Positions 13,174-27,153 of a stretch of 64,000 nt of DNA are shown here, piece after piece. How positions within the stretch are numbered: position 1 is the stretch's first letter; each line of letters opens with the position of its first letter. The stretch is from Mustelus asterias. Its lineage: Eukaryota. The notes beneath the pieces are model-generated. The model saw only the letters and a list, made by a program, of their open reading frames with translations, had not been told where the DNA came from and did not search any database. The translations under genes and the position numbers were made by a program. Location of the stretch: assembly GCF_964213995.1 (NCBI RefSeq), contig NW_027590163.1:434001-498000 (forward strand), given 5' to 3'.

Positions 13174-14003
13174 AGATAGGATGCAAAGCTGGGCTGAAAA
13201 ATGGCAAATGGAGTTTAACCCTGATAAATGTGAGGTGATTCATTTTGGCAGGACTAATTTAAATGTGGATTACAGGGTCAAAGGTAGGGTTCTGAAGACT
13301 GTGGAGGAACAGAGAGATCTTGGGGTCCATATCCACAGATCTCTAAAGGTTGCCACTCAAGTGGATAGAGCTGTGAAGAAGGCCTATAGTGTGTTAGCTT
13401 TTATTAAGAGGGGTTGGGGTTTAAGAGCCGTGGGGTTATGGTGCAAATCTACAGGACCTTGGTGAGACCACATTTGGAATATTGTGTGCAGTTCTGATCA
13501 CCTCACTATAAGAAGGATGTGGAAGCGCTGGAAGGAGTGCAGAGCAGATTTACCAGGATGCTGCCTGGTTTGGAGCGTAGATCTTATGAGGAAAGGTTGA
13601 GGGAGCTAGGGCTGTTCTCTCTGGAGCGGAGGAGGCTGAGGGGAGACTTAATAGAGGTTTATGAAATGATGAAGGGGATAGATAGAGTGAACGTTCAAAG
13701 ACTATTTCCTCGGGTGGATGGAGCTATTACAAGGGGGCATAACTATAGGGTTCATGGTGGGAGATATAGGAAGGATATCAGAGGTAGGTTCTTCACGCAG
13801 AGAGTGGTTGGGGTGTGGAATGGACTGCCTGCAGTGATAGTGGAGTCAGACACTTTAGGAACATTTAAGCGGTTATTGGATAGGCACATGGAGCACACCA
13901 GGATGATAGGGAGTGGGATAGCTTGATCTTGGTTTCAGATAAAGCTCGGCACACAATCGTGGGCCGAAGGGCCTGTTCTGTGCTGTACTGTTCTATGTTC
14001 TAT
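13174..14003 (+). mobile_element. 5'-truncated young CR1 nested in older CR1
   Basis: TSD GAGAT at 13169-13173 and 14004-14008; (TTCTATG)n tail; the host sequence resumes after it. Confidence 0.85.
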
Positions 14004-17000
14004 GAGATTACAGATAGTTTCAAAAAATAGGGTGATAATAGTAGGAGATTTTAACTTTCCCAACATTGACTTTGACAGCCATAATATTCGAGGCTTGGAT
14101 GGAGAGAAATCTGTTGAGTGTATTCAGGAGGAATTTCTCATTCAATATGTGGATAGCCCGACGAGAGAGGGGGCAAAACATGACCTCCTCTTGGGAAATA
14201 AGGAAGGGCAGGTGACATAAGTATTAGTGAGGGATCACTTTGGGACCAGTGACGATAAATCTATTAGTTTTAAGATAGCTATAGAGAATGATAGGTCTGG
14301 CGCAAAAGTTAACATTCTAAATTGGTGCAAGGCCGATTTTGATGGTGTCAGGCAGGAACTATCGAAAGTTAATTGGGGGAGTCTGTGGGTAGGCAGAGGG
14401 ACGTCTGGTAAGTGGTAGGCATTCGAAAGCATTTTAACCAGGGTTCAGGGTAATCACATTCCTCTTCGACTGATGGGCAAGGCTGGTAGAAGTGTGGCCC
14501 TGTATCACTGAGGATATTGAGGTCATGGTCAAGAAGAAGCAGCAGGCACATGGCATGCATAGGCAGCTGGGATCAAATGAATCCCTGGAAGAGTACAGTA
14601 GGAGTAGAGTAAAGAGAGAAATCAGGAGGGCAAAAAGGGGACACGAGATTGTTTTGGCAGATAAGGCAAAGGAGAATCCAAAGAGATTCGACAAATACAT
14701 TAAGACCAAGAGAGTAACTATGGAGAGAGTAGGCCTCTTAACGATCAACACGGTCATCTATGTGCAGATCCACAAGAGATAGGTGAGATCATAAATGAAT
14801 ATTTCTCATCAGTATTCACTGTTGAGAAAACCATGGATGTTAGGGAACTTGGGGAAATGAATAGTGATGTCTTAAGGGGTGTACATGTAATAGAGAAGGA
14901 GGTGCTGGAAGCCTTAAAGAGCATCAATGTAGAAAAAGCCCCGGGACTTGACGAAGTATATCCCAGGACATTGTGGGAGGTTAGGGAGGAAATTGTGGGC
15001 TCACTAGTAGATATATCTGTATCATTGATACTCACAGGTGAGGTTCTTGAAGATTGGAAGGTGGCAAATGTTGTGCCTGTGTTTAAAAAGGGTTGCAGGG
15101 AAAACCCTGGGAACTACACGCCAGTGAGCCTCACATCTGTGGTGGATAAGTTGTTGGATGGTATTTCGAGAAACAGGATCTACAGGAATTTCGAGACGCA
15201 ATGATTGATTACGAACAGTCAGCCAAGTTTTGTTCGTGGAAAATCATGTTTCACATATTTGATTGAGTCTTTTGAAGGGGTAGCCAAGAAGATAGGTGAG
15301 AGCAGTGCAGTTTATGTTGTTTACATGGACTTTAGAAAGGCCTTCGACAATGTTCTGCATGGTAGATTGTTTCATAAGTTTAAATATCACGGGACCCAGC
15401 GTTAGGTAGCTCAACGGATACAAACTTGGCTTGATGATAGAAGACAGAGGATGGTTGTAGACGCTCGTTTTTCAAACTGGAGACCTGTGACCAGTAGTGT
15501 ATCTCAGGCATCGGTGATGGGTCCATTGTTATTTGTCATTTATGTTAAAGATTTGGATGAAAATATAGGAGGCATGGTTAGGAAGTTTGTAGATGACACC
15601 AAGATTGTTGGCATAGTGGACAGTGAAGCAGGTTATCTCGGATTGCAACGGGCTGACAACTGGCAGATGGAGTTTAATTTAGATTAATGCGAGGTGATGA
15701 ATTTTGGCAGATTGAACCAGTTAATAGTAGGGCGTTGGGGAGAGTTACAGAACAAAGGGATCTAGGGGTTCTGGTTCGTAGCTCCTTGATAGTGGAGTCA
15801 CATGTGGACAGAGTGCTGAAAAAGGCATTCGGCATGCTTGGTTTCATTTGTCAGAACATTCAATACAGGAGTTGGAACGTCTTGTTGAAGTTGTACAAGA
15901 CATTCGTAGGGCCACACTTGGAATACCCTGTACAGTTCTGGTCACCCTATTATAGAAAGGATATTATTAAACGAGAAAGAGTGCAGAAAAAAATATTGGA
16001 ATGCTACCGGGACTTGACGGTTTGAGTTATAAGGAGAGGCTGGTGGACTGGGACTTTTTTCTCTGGAGCGTAGGAGGCTGAGGGGTGATCTTATAGAGAT
16101 CTATAAAATAATGAAGGGCATAAATCAGCTACATAGTCAGACATTCTCCCAAAGGTAGGGGAATCTAAAACTAGAAGACATCGGTTTAAGGTGAGAGGGG
16201 AGACACACAAAAGGGTCCAGAGGGGCATTTGTTTCGCACAGAGGGTGGTGAGTGCCTATAAAACGCTGCCAGAGGTATTAGTAGAGGCGGGTGCAATTTT
16301 GTCTTTTAAAAAGTGTGTGGACAGTTACATGGGTAAGATAGGTTTAGAGGGATATGGGCCAAATGCAGGTAATTGGGACGAGCTCAGCGGTTTAAAAATA
16401 AAAGGCGGCATGGACAAGTTGAGCCGAAGGGCCTGTTTCCATTCTGTAAATCTCTATGACTCTATGATTCTTATTCTCAGGTCCTCGGGAGTTACCATGC
16501 AAATCAACCGCTCGTGTCCTAATGTAATCCACAATATACTCGTTTGGATAGTAGGAATGATCAATTTATTAATTTGGTTAATGTCAATGGAACATACATT
16601 TAACTGATACTTCTAAACTTGTAGTTTAATTGCCAATGGCAGCTGAGATCCGTGAATCAATCCGGGAGATTGCTCAGCATCGAGAGCCAAAGCTTCACTG
16701 AAGTTTATCCATTTAGATGAACGACATAAGATGACCGGCTGTGATAATTGTGCGATTTCTATATAATCACATGCTCTTACAGCTGCAGATGTCCACATGA
16801 CACCACATGCACCTCCATTCTCACTGAGATGTTCTTGTTTTTTCTGCAACAGCAGAGATGTTGCCATACATGAACTCAGGAGACAAAAACAACTGGAGAT
16901 CATCCTCCTCTGCCAATCAATACGTGCATTATTGATATTGGGATTCAAATCCATTTTTCCCATTACAACTATTACTCGATTCTCCTAGAGACCAAAAATC

Positions 17001-17995
17001 TGCCTGTCCAAGCATTGCAACTATTCAACAAGAAAAGTCCACAGCCAACTTGGTGGAGCATTTGCAAAATGCACCAACATTTGCGTGAACACATCCCTAC
17101 TCATCTCTGACCTAAATGATCTCTCCTTGGTCCTGATGTTACTTCCTGTTGGGTGAATATCTGTGTGGAGTTTACACATTTTCCCGGGTCTGCGTGGGTT
17201 TCTTCCCACAGTCCGATGATGTGCGAGTTAAATTGATTGGCCAGGACTAAATTCCCCCTCATTGTCAGAGTATCAGTGTAAAAACATGAGTTTACGGGGA
17301 GAGGCCTTGGCTGGGATTGTTGTCGGTGCAGACTAGATGGGCCGAATGGCCTCCTTCTGTAATGTGGGGATTCAATAATTCTAACAATAAACAAAACATC
17401 TCAATGGAAACCGCAGTCTCCAAATAGTGAGATTTCCGACAAATGCATTTGATGCATCTTAAAGGCCATTAACCTGATGCAACCTAAATCTGCTCCTGTG
17501 GAATCCTAACAAGCCAAACTAAATCAGGTGATGGTACTTATCTAATTTTACCAACACAAATGTGGCTGACACGTCAACCGTGATACAGGTATATCCTTTT
17601 ATTGGATACATGACCCAAAATTTCATAAGCAACATTGAGATCTTCTGCTGTTAGGTTCTGAACTATGGAACACTCTCTGAATCCCATTGCCTCTCTCCCT
17701 CGCTTTCCCCCTTTAAAACTTGCCTTAAGTGTCTATAATTACCCAATGTTTCAACATTTGGCATCATATCATTTGAGACACTTTTTTCCGTTAAAGGTGC
17801 TACACAAATCTCGGCTGGCCTTGCAGCTTTTTTTTTTCAAATATAGGTTACATTGCACAGCCCGAATAATTGTTTTCGTTGTCTTATATAAACGAGGATA
17901 AAATATTGAAAATTACCCATACGCCTGTCACACCCATGTGCGTGCTTGGAGATTGATTAGTAACATTCCAATTTTGATTGTGTTTTCCCTCTCAG

Positions 17996-18903
17996 TTAAC
18001 TTGATGGCGATCGTGATCCTCTCCCGTGGAAGGTGTGGTCTCTCCAAATGCATTACTCGGTATCTGGTTTCCATGGCAGTGACAGATCTCCTTGTCGTTG
18101 TCACGGCTGTGATATTCAACCGGATTATTGGCATTTATTTTCCAGTTAGTTTTATGTCATTGACCCCAGCCTGCACTCTGAGTACTGTGCTGATCTATGC
18201 AGCTACGGAGAGTTCTGTCTGGTTAACTGTCGTTTTCACCTTTGATCGTTATGTGGCCATTTGCTGCCAGAAACTTCAATCAAACTATTGCACTGAGAAA
18301 ACAGCAGCTTTGGTGATCATAATGGTCAGCTTGTTGAGTTGTTTAAAAAGCATTCCCTGGTACTTTATATACGAACCACTCTACATAGTGAACAAAGTGC
18401 CTTGGTTTTGTAATATAAAATCAAGCTTCTACACTTCCCTTGCATGGACAGCCTATGACTGGTTTGCACGTGTATTAAATCCAGGTCTGCCATTCCTCCT
18501 TATTTTGTCGTTCAATGCTCTGACTGTCAGACACATCCTGGCAGCCAGTAGCTCCCGCCGGAGACTCCGAGCTCACAGCAGTGGAGAGAATCACAGTGAT
18601 CCAGAGATGGAGAGCAGAAAAAGGTCCATCGTTTTACTCTTTGCCATCTCTGGAAGCTTTGTTTTGTTGTGGATGACGTATGTTATAAATTTCATCTATG
18701 TGAAGATTACAAATGAATCTTACTTCGGAGGATCTAATTTCAACGACCCCAAATTTATTCGACAAGAAAGTGGAAACATGCTTCAACTCCTGAGCTGTTG
18801 CACCAACACGTGTATTTATGCAGTGACACAGAGAAAGTTCAGAGAGGAGTTGAAAAATGCGGCAAGATATTTTGGGAATCTCATTGTAAAATCAATAAAG
18901 TAG
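17996..18903 (+). CDS. GPR139-like class A GPCR, main coding exon (full protein 325 aa with exon 1)
   Basis: Open frame with the hydrophobic TM segments, TM2 MAVTDL, TM3 FTFDRYVAIC, ECL2 Cys, TM7 SCCTNTCIY and helix 8 FREEL; polypyrimidine acceptor TTTTCCCTCTCAG at 17983-17995. Confidence 0.92.
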
Positions 18904-20189
18904 GAAAGCCAAAGTTTTTGGTTTTAATTACTAATCGTTATCTGCACATTGTTCTCCCTTAACTGTAGGGTAATATTTGTCTTAGGTAGACAACCATGAA
19001 AAATGAACTCTTGGAATCTTGCCACCAGTTTTGGGTACTGATCTTCTGTCGTATCGAGAGCTGAAAATTCTACCACATGTACCGGTAATCACCGGTGTGA
19101 TTAGCACCTTCAGTTCTGTCCCCCCCCCCCCCCACCCCACCGCCCCACATTTCGAGAATTTCCTTTAAGAATACGATAAGTTGGAGTAAGGAGGGTCCTG
19201 CTTTTCTTCCAGTCTCCACTGTGGGTTAATGCGATCTTGACCAATCTTGCGTATAAAAGCCACAATTACATTCCGTCCCTTTAATCCTTGATTGATTTAG
19301 TACAACAAAATCCACCACTAGAAACCTGAAATAGATTCAATAACTGAATATCAAAACCCCCTGGCATGGAGAAGATCGTCAACTGCTTCAATGCAAGAAT
19401 TGCACACCATCCCATTACTATGTTCCTGCGATCAGTTCCTGGGCAACAGCTTCTCACTCTCTACACTTTTTTTTATTCATTCTTGGGAATCGGGCGTCGC
19501 TGCCAGCATTATTTGTCCATCCCAAGTTGCAGTTGTTCAGAGGGCAAATTAGAGTCAACCACATTTCTGTGGCTCTGGAGTCACGTGTAGGTCAGATCAG
19601 GGAAATGACGGCAGATTTCCTCCCCTAAAAGACATTAGTGAACCAGATGGGTTATTTCGACAATCGACAATGGATTCATGGTCATCCAATTCAAATTCAT
19701 GGAATTCAAATTTGATCATCCGCCATGGTGGGATTCGAAGCCAGGTCTCCAGAACGTGAGTTGAGTTTCTAGATTAATAGTGAAGCCATAATACCTGTTG
19801 GCCATCACCTCCCCTTTCAAGTATCCAAAGAAATTTAAGCAATTCAATTAGATTACTCTTCAGGCGTTGACACTCCAGATACGAACAGTCCATTCCACTC
19901 AACATTCACCCTGTCTCTCTGGTACAAGTCAGCTCTCCCCTGCTCCTTGCTACATGGTAAATATCAAAATGACAGTGTCAAGTGATCTGGTAGACATGCA
20001 GGTTAGTTATTACTTAATGATAGGTCATAAGTGAAACTTAAGAAATATTCTAATATGTTGGTTGGCAATTCACCTTTACATTGTAAGTGAGGTAAAGCTT
20101 TTTCACCCAAAGTTCGATGGGAATCTGAAACTCACTGCCTGAAAGGACTTAGATATAGAAACATTCATAACTTTAAAGAGTATTTAGAT

Positions 20190-21110
20190 TTTGAGCACAT
20201 ACTCTGTCTAGTCCTGTTCGAATTTGATAGGTTTCCATGCGATCTCCCCTCATTCTTCTGAACTCCAGTGGACACAATCCTAACCCACTCATCTCTCCAC
20301 ATACGTCAGTCCTGCCATCCCAGAATGCACCCCTTCGTCAGCAAGAACATTCTTCCTCAGATAAGGAGATCAAACAGCGCACAATACTCCAGGAGTTCTC
20401 TCATCAGTGTCCTGTATAATTGAATCAAGACATCTCTGCTCATATACACGAATCCTCTCGTTTTGAAGGCCAACAAAAATTTGTGTCTTTTGTACTGCCT
20501 TTTACACTTCCATACTTACCTTCAGGGGATGGTATACAAGGACACCGAAGTCTCATTGCACATTCACCTCTCTTAATTTATGGCCCTTCAGATCGTAATC
20601 TGCCTTCCCATTTTTGCTGCGGAAGTGGATAACCTCACATTTATCCAGTTTGTACAGTATCTTCCATTCATTTGCCCAGGCACTCAACTTATCCAAATCA
20701 CACTGAAGGATCTTTGCATCCTCCTCACAACTCACCCTCCCAGCCAGCATTATGTCACCTGCAAATTTAGAGATATTACATTTCATTCCCTCATCTAGAT
20801 CATTAATATATATAATGAATAGCTGGGATCCCAGCACTGATCATTGTGGTACCCGACTAGTCACTACCTGTCATTTGGAATAAAGAACAATTTATTTCAA
20901 CTATTTGTTCTCTGTCTGTCAACCAGTTTTCTATCCATCACAATACACCACCCCCAATCCCATGTGCATTAATTTTATACGCTAATCTCTTATGTGGGGC
21001 TTTGTCAAAAACCTTCTGAAAGTCCAAATCAACCACATCCAATGAATCCTCTCCTCAACTATACGGGTTAAATCCTTGAGGAATTCCGGAAGATTTTCAA
21101 GCATGATTTC
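20190..21110 (-). mobile_element. Degenerate CR1 RT fragment
   Basis: LFIIYINDLDEG...SKFAGDIML...CEVIHF on the minus strand. Confidence 0.85.
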
Positions 21111-22509
21111 ATTGTCATAAATCCATATTCACTGGCCATGAGAGTAATATTAACCAACATATTGGCGACACAGGAATAAAAGAGGCAGGACCTGATATAA
21201 TATTGGAATCGACAGGTATTTGTGTGATCATTATCGTAAAAGTGCTTTGCCCAATAATAATTGGAAGAGCTCAAATGGAACAATAACTGAAATAGGTCCT
21301 TATTCAGAACTGATAGCGCAACCGTTTCCAAAAATAATCATAGATGATTAAAGCATTAGAAGCTGTATGGCAGGAAGACTATTTGTGTAAACATTGCATT
21401 ATTTGTGTCCACTCTAATTATGAAACACAAAATAAAATGAGCAAAGTCAAGACTTGACTGAGTGTAACAACTGTTGTTTGATGTAACTTTAACAAAGGCA
21501 GTCTGCACTACATTCCTGAACACATACAAAGAACAAGGAACAAAGAGCATTGCTGCACAAGAATTGGCCATTCGGCCCACCAAACTTGCGCCAACACGTA
21601 AAGCCTTCCGAAACGAAAGATCTTCTGCCTCTAAGTGGTCCATATCCCTCCATCCCCTAGCTATTCATGTATCTGTCAAGATGCTGTATGTTAGGACGCA
21701 ATGGCAGGAAATAAACGTGTGTATTGTTTGTACACATATTCGCAGAATTTAATGGGTTTAAAGATGCAGTCTAACAGATTTAATCATCATCTGAAACGTG
21801 ACTATTGGTATTGCGAGATCACAAAGACAGATAAAGTGAAAATGTAACTGAATTAGAGGGAATGGTGCGCATTTCTCAGAAGGATCTATTCAAAATTGTT
21901 CTTCATTTTAAAGAAACAGGAAAAACCACCCAAGCAGATAAGGAAATCGAGAATCAGTTGGACTGCCTCGAGATGAACGAGGTTTAGGCGCCAAAATGTT
22001 TCACACACAAAATAAAGAAGGATCAAGTATAACTAACAGATCAATCTTAAATCTCTTCCCTTGAAATATATTTGATTTTGTTTAAAAGAGAATTGCTGTC
22101 AATCTCAAATAGGCACCATGGCATATGTATTACCCAGAGGCTCGATTTCCTTTGTTGATCGGACATGCTTGCAATTCACTGTTGCATATTTCAGAGATAT
22201 TCAATTCAGAATGAGGACATCTGTGTTAAATTGATGTTAAATGGTGAATAACGAACAAATGCTGCACATAACTAATTGAAATTAGTCGATGGATGATGAG
22301 AATGATGCATTAATGATTGAGCAGTAATCATTGCTCCCTTAAACATTTGCGGGACCAACGCATTTTAATGCTTATGTACAAGGTAAGTTGAGACATCAGG
22401 TTGCAAGTTCTTTTATTAAGGGACATGGGTACTCAATCTCACCATTCGAACCTGCAGTAACACAGTGGAGTTGAACATTGTAGTCAGGCCGATTGACGGC
22501 AGTAAGCTG

Positions 22510-22583
22510 TCATTTGTCTCTGATGTGGTTATCATGTTCACTTAAAACACGAAAAGTCCCCGGTTCGTAACCGGGCAGAAAAA
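22510..22583 (+). pseudogene. tRNA-Val pseudogene (array unit)
   Basis: GTGGTTATCATGTTCAC...AAAAGTCCCCGGTTCGTAACCGGGCAGAAA resembles the Val-AAC/CAC body. Confidence 0.75.
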
Positions 22584-23222
22584 AAATCATTAAGCTTTTT
22601 CATGCAGGGTGAGGGACATCCGGATCAGTTCATCTTGTTGCTGAACATTATCAGAATCTCGATGTGACGACATATTATTTTTGCTCTGATCTCGGCCCTC
22701 AAATGCTTTCTGTAACATAAGAAATGCTGGATTTCTTGACGTACCGACAGGAAAGAAGCGGCAGAATTTAATGGGTTTATAGGTGCAGACTAACAAAGTT
22801 AATCACCATCTGAAACATGTCTAATAGCAGTGTGTGCTCAAAACGACAGACACAAGTGATAGTGCAAGTGAACTAGAGGAAATGGTGCACATTTCTCAGA
22901 GCATTAAAAAAAATCGCTTTCATAATAAAGGAATAGGAAAAAAACACTCAGACAGATGAGGAAATCGAGACTCAGTGCGGATCTGCTGTTCTATCCTATA
23001 GAGCCGGAATTTAGGTGCCTGAATGTTCCACACTCAGAATCAAAAAGGCTCAAGTATAACTAACGGCTAATTCTTCAATCTCTTCCATTTAAAAATAGTT
23101 GACTTCGCTTAAAAGCTGACATTGGTCAATCTCAAAAAAGCACTATGGGACCTGGATTACCCGGTGACTTCGTTCCTTTTGATGGTTAGTTATATTTTCA
23201 ATTCAGTGAGATTCAATTTCAA

Positions 23223-24650
23223 TGTGAGGTAATGCATTTTGGAAGTTCTAATGCAGATAGGAAATATACAGTGAATGGCAGAAGAACCCTTAAGAGTACT
23301 GATAGGCAGACGGATCTGGGTGTATAGGTACACAGGTCACTGAAAGTGACAATGCAGTTGGAGAAGGTACTCAAGAAGGCATACGGCATGCTTGCCTTCA
23401 TCGGCCAGGGTATTGAGTTTAGGAGTCGGGAGATAATGCTGCAGCTTTATAGGACCCTGGTTAGACCCCACTTGGAGTACTGCGCGCAGTTCTGGTCACC
23501 TCATTACAGGAAAGATGTTGAAGCCATTGAAAGGGTGCAGAGGAGATTTACAAGGATGTTGCCTGGATTGGGGGGCATGCCTTATGAGGATAGGTTGAGG
23601 GAGCTTGGTCTCTTCTCCCTGGAGACACGAAGGATGAGAGGTGACCTGATAGAGGTTTACAAGATGTTGAGAGGTCTGGATAGGGTAGACTCTCAGAGGC
23701 TATTTCCAAGGGCTGAAATGGTTGCTACGAGAGGACACAGGTTTAAGGTGCTGGGGGGGGGGGGGGGGGTAGGTACAGAGGAGATGTCAGGGGTAAGTTT
23801 TTCACTCAGAGGGTGGTGGGTGAGTGGAATCGGCTGACGTCGGTGGTGGTGGAGGCAAACTCGTTGGGGTCTTTTAAGAGACTTCTGGATGAGTACATGG
23901 GATTTAATGGGATTGAGGGCTATAGATAGGCCTAGAGGTAGGGATATGATCAGCGCAACTTGTGGGCCGAAGGGCCTGTTTGTGCTGTGGCCTTCTATGT
24001 TCTATGTTCTATTGAGTTTAAAAATTGGCAAGTCATTTTTCAGCTTTATAGTACCTTAGTTAGGCCACACTTAGAATATAGTGTTCAATTCTGGTCGCCC
24101 CTCTAGCAGAAGGATGTGAAGGCTTTGGATAGGGTACCAAAAAGGTTTACCAGGATGTTGCCTGGCATGGAGGGCATTAGCTATGAGGAGAGGTTGGAGA
24201 AACCTCGTTTATTCTCACTGGAACGACGGAGATTGAGGGGCGACCTGATGGAAGTCTACAAAATTATGAGGGGCATGGACAGAGTGAACAGTCAGAAGCT
24301 TTTTCCCAGTTGGAAGAGTCAGTTACTAGGAGGCATAGGTTTAAGGCGCGAGAGGCAACGTTTAAAGGAGATACACGAGTTTTTTACACAGAGGGTGGTG
24401 GGGGCCTGGAACTCTCTGCCGGGAGGGGTTGTGGAAGCAGATATGATAGTGACTTTTAAGAGGCGTCTTAACAAATGCATGAATAGGATGGGAGTAGATG
24501 GATACAGTCCCCGGAAGGATAGGGGGTTTTAGTGCAGTCGGGCAGCATGGTCGGTGCAGGCTTCACTTCGGTGAAGGCCGAAGTGCCAGTTCCTGTGCTG
24601 TAATTTTCTTTGTTGTTCTTTGTTCTATGTTCTTAGTTCTTTGCTCTTTG
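23223..24650 (+). mobile_element. CR1 3' fragment inserted in the array, itself interrupted by a second CR1 (23422-24009)
   Basis: Outer TSD TTCAA (23218-23222 / 24651-24655); inner TSD TATTGAGTTTA (23411-23421 / 24010-24020); two separate microsatellite tails. Confidence 0.88.
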
Positions 24651-24989
24651 TTCAAACATATTCAATTCGTAATGAAGGCATATGTAATCAATAATGTATT
24701 GATATTGAATATTGAATAACAAAACGAACACTGAGTACAATTGGTTGGGATTATTCGAAGGAAGATGAGATTGATGCATTAATGAATGAGCAAAAATCAT
24801 TGCTCCCTTAGATATTTGCCAGACGATGGCTTTTAAATTTTGAAATTCAAGATAAGTTGAGAAATCAGTTGAAAGTAATGGTTTTCTTCTCGAATTAAGT
24901 GACATGCAGTGAATTCCAGTGGAACCTGCAGCAACACAGCACAGTTGAATATTGCAGACAGGCCGATTTGCTGCAGTGTGCTGTACGCC

Positions 24990-25062
24990 GTTTCTGTATT
25001 GTAATGGTTATCACGTTCGCCTCATACGTGAAAAATCTCCAGTTCGAAACCAGTCAGAAGCA
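24990..25062 (+). pseudogene. tRNA-Val-derived pseudogene with CAT at the anticodon
   Basis: GTTTCTGTATTGTAATGGTTATCACGTTCGCCTCATACGTGAAAAATCTCCAGTTCGAAACCAGTCAGAAGCA, 73 nt, Val-CAC body. Confidence 0.8.
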
Positions 25063-26081
25063 GTGTTGGATTCTTCTCGTTAACTTGAGCGAAGTCTGCA
25101 TGACTTAACTTCATTGCTCAATAGTATGCGAATCTCCATGTTACATCAACTCATGCTTTTTTGGAAAATCAGATCTTACAAAATCTGAAAGGCTTTTAGG
25201 AAATTCAGAAATGCTCTATTTTGGACGCAATGGCAGGAAATAAATGTTTGTATTGTTGGTATACATATTCGCAGCTCGTTCAATGCACATCAGAATTTCA
25301 TGGGTTTATAGATGCAGACTAATATATTTAATCACCATCTGAAATATGTCTAATAATGTAGCCTGCTCATGAATACAGACGCAAGTAAAACTGTGATTGA
25401 ACTGGAGGGAATGGCGCATATTTCCCAGAAGGACTCTTTCAAAATTGTTCTTCATGATAAAGAAACAGAAAAAACCACTCAGCCAGATGAGGAAATCGAG
25501 TATCAGTGCGGACCTGCTGGACTTCTTATAGATGAACGAGATTTAAACGCCAGAATGTTTCACACACAGAATAAAGAAGGATCGATTATAACAAACAGAT
25601 CATTCTTAAATCCCTGTTCTTGAAAGATATCTGATTTCGTTTAAAAGGTCATTGTGGTCAATCTCAAATAAGCACCATGACATGAGTATTGCCGAGTGAC
25701 TCGATGTTTTTTGTTGGTCACTCATCATTACAATTCAGCGTTGTGTATATTTAAGATATTTAATTCAGAATGAGGACATTTGTGTAAAATAAAGGTATTG
25801 ATATTAAAAATTGAATAACAACAAATACTAGATATAACTGGTTGAAATTATTCGACCGAAGATAAGAATGATTGAGCAGAAATCACGGCTCCCTTAGACA
25901 TTTTCCGGACGAACGCTTTTTAATGTTGAAGTAGAAGAAAAGTTGAGATATGAGGTTGAAAGTAACGGATGTGATCTTGTATTCATTGGCATGGGGTCTC
26001 AATCGAACCATGAGAACCTGCAGCAACACAGTGGAGTTGAACATTGTGGTCAGGCCAATTGGCGGTGCTACTCCATCACGT

Positions 26082-26142
26082 TTTGCTGTAGTGTAGTTGT
26101 TATCACGTTTGCCTCACACGCAAGGAGTGCCCGGTTCGAAAT
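26082..26142 (+). pseudogene. tRNA-Val(CAC) pseudogene, 3' end deleted
   Basis: CTGTAGTGTAGTTGTTATCACGTTTGCCTCACACGCAAGGAGTGCCCGGTTCGAAA, then similarity is lost. Confidence 0.78.
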
Positions 26143-27153
26143 TAATTAAGCTTTCTCATGCAGGGTGAAATAAATCTGGATTTCAGTTCGTTGCTGAACA
26201 TTATCCGAACCTCGATGTTGCAGCCATGTTATGTTTGATTTGACGTGGGTCTCAAATGCGTTCTGTTAAATCAGAAGTGTTCGATTTTTTTTGACATACT
26301 GACAGGAAAGCAACGTTCTTGTTTTGACACCTTGCACATCGTAGCTTCCCGCTCAGTCTACAACAGAATTCAGTGGGTTTATTGATGTAGACCAACATAT
26401 TTAATCACCATCTGAAACATGTCTAATAGTACTGCGTATTCATAAAGACAGACACAAATGAAACTCCAGCTGATTTAGAGGAAATGGCACACATTTCCCA
26501 GAAGAAACTTTTTTGAAATCGTTCTTCATAACAACGAAATAGGAAATACCACTCAGACAGATGAGGGAATCGAGACTCAGTCCGGCTCTGTTGGATTTTT
26601 CCTTGGAGATTTCGGCGCCAGAATGTTTCACAAACAGAATAAAGAGGGATCAAGTCTAACCAACAGATCATTCTTAAATCCCTCCCCTTGAAATATATTT
26701 GATTTTGTTTAAAAGATGATTGCAGTCAATCTGAATAAGCACCATGGCATGTGTATTACCAGGTGACTCGATTTTTCTTTGTTGGTCAGTCATGTTTGCA
26801 ATTCAATATTGTATATTTCAGAGATACTCAGTTCAGAATGAGGACATCTGCGTCAAATAAATGTATTGATATTGAATGTTGGATAACGATAAATATTGGA
26901 TAAAACTGGTTGAAATTATTCGAGGGAAAATGAGAATGATGCATTAAGGATTGAGCAGAAATCATTGCTTCCTTCTACAATTGCTGGACGACAGCTTTTT
27001 AATGTTGAAGTGCAAAATAAGATGAGATATCAGGTTGAAAGTCACGGCTGTGTTCTTGTATTCAGTGACACGGGCTCTCAATCTAACCATGAGAACCTGT
27101 AGCAACACAGTGGAATTGACCATTGCAGTCAGGCCACCTTGCCGCTGTGTGCT

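Larger units (their letters stand above)
12690..16470 (+). mobile_element. Degenerate near-complete CR1 ORF2 (APE + RT) with a nested younger CR1
   Basis: APE motif GDFNFPNID, RT motifs KAPGLDEVYPRTL and FVDDTKI, TCTATGACTCTATGATT tail. Confidence 0.9.

Noticed and set aside
17938-17995. N-terminal 19 aa of the 321-aa GPCR ORF
   Set aside because: GTG start inside the intron 3' end; the true TM1 start is the exon at 8243-8312
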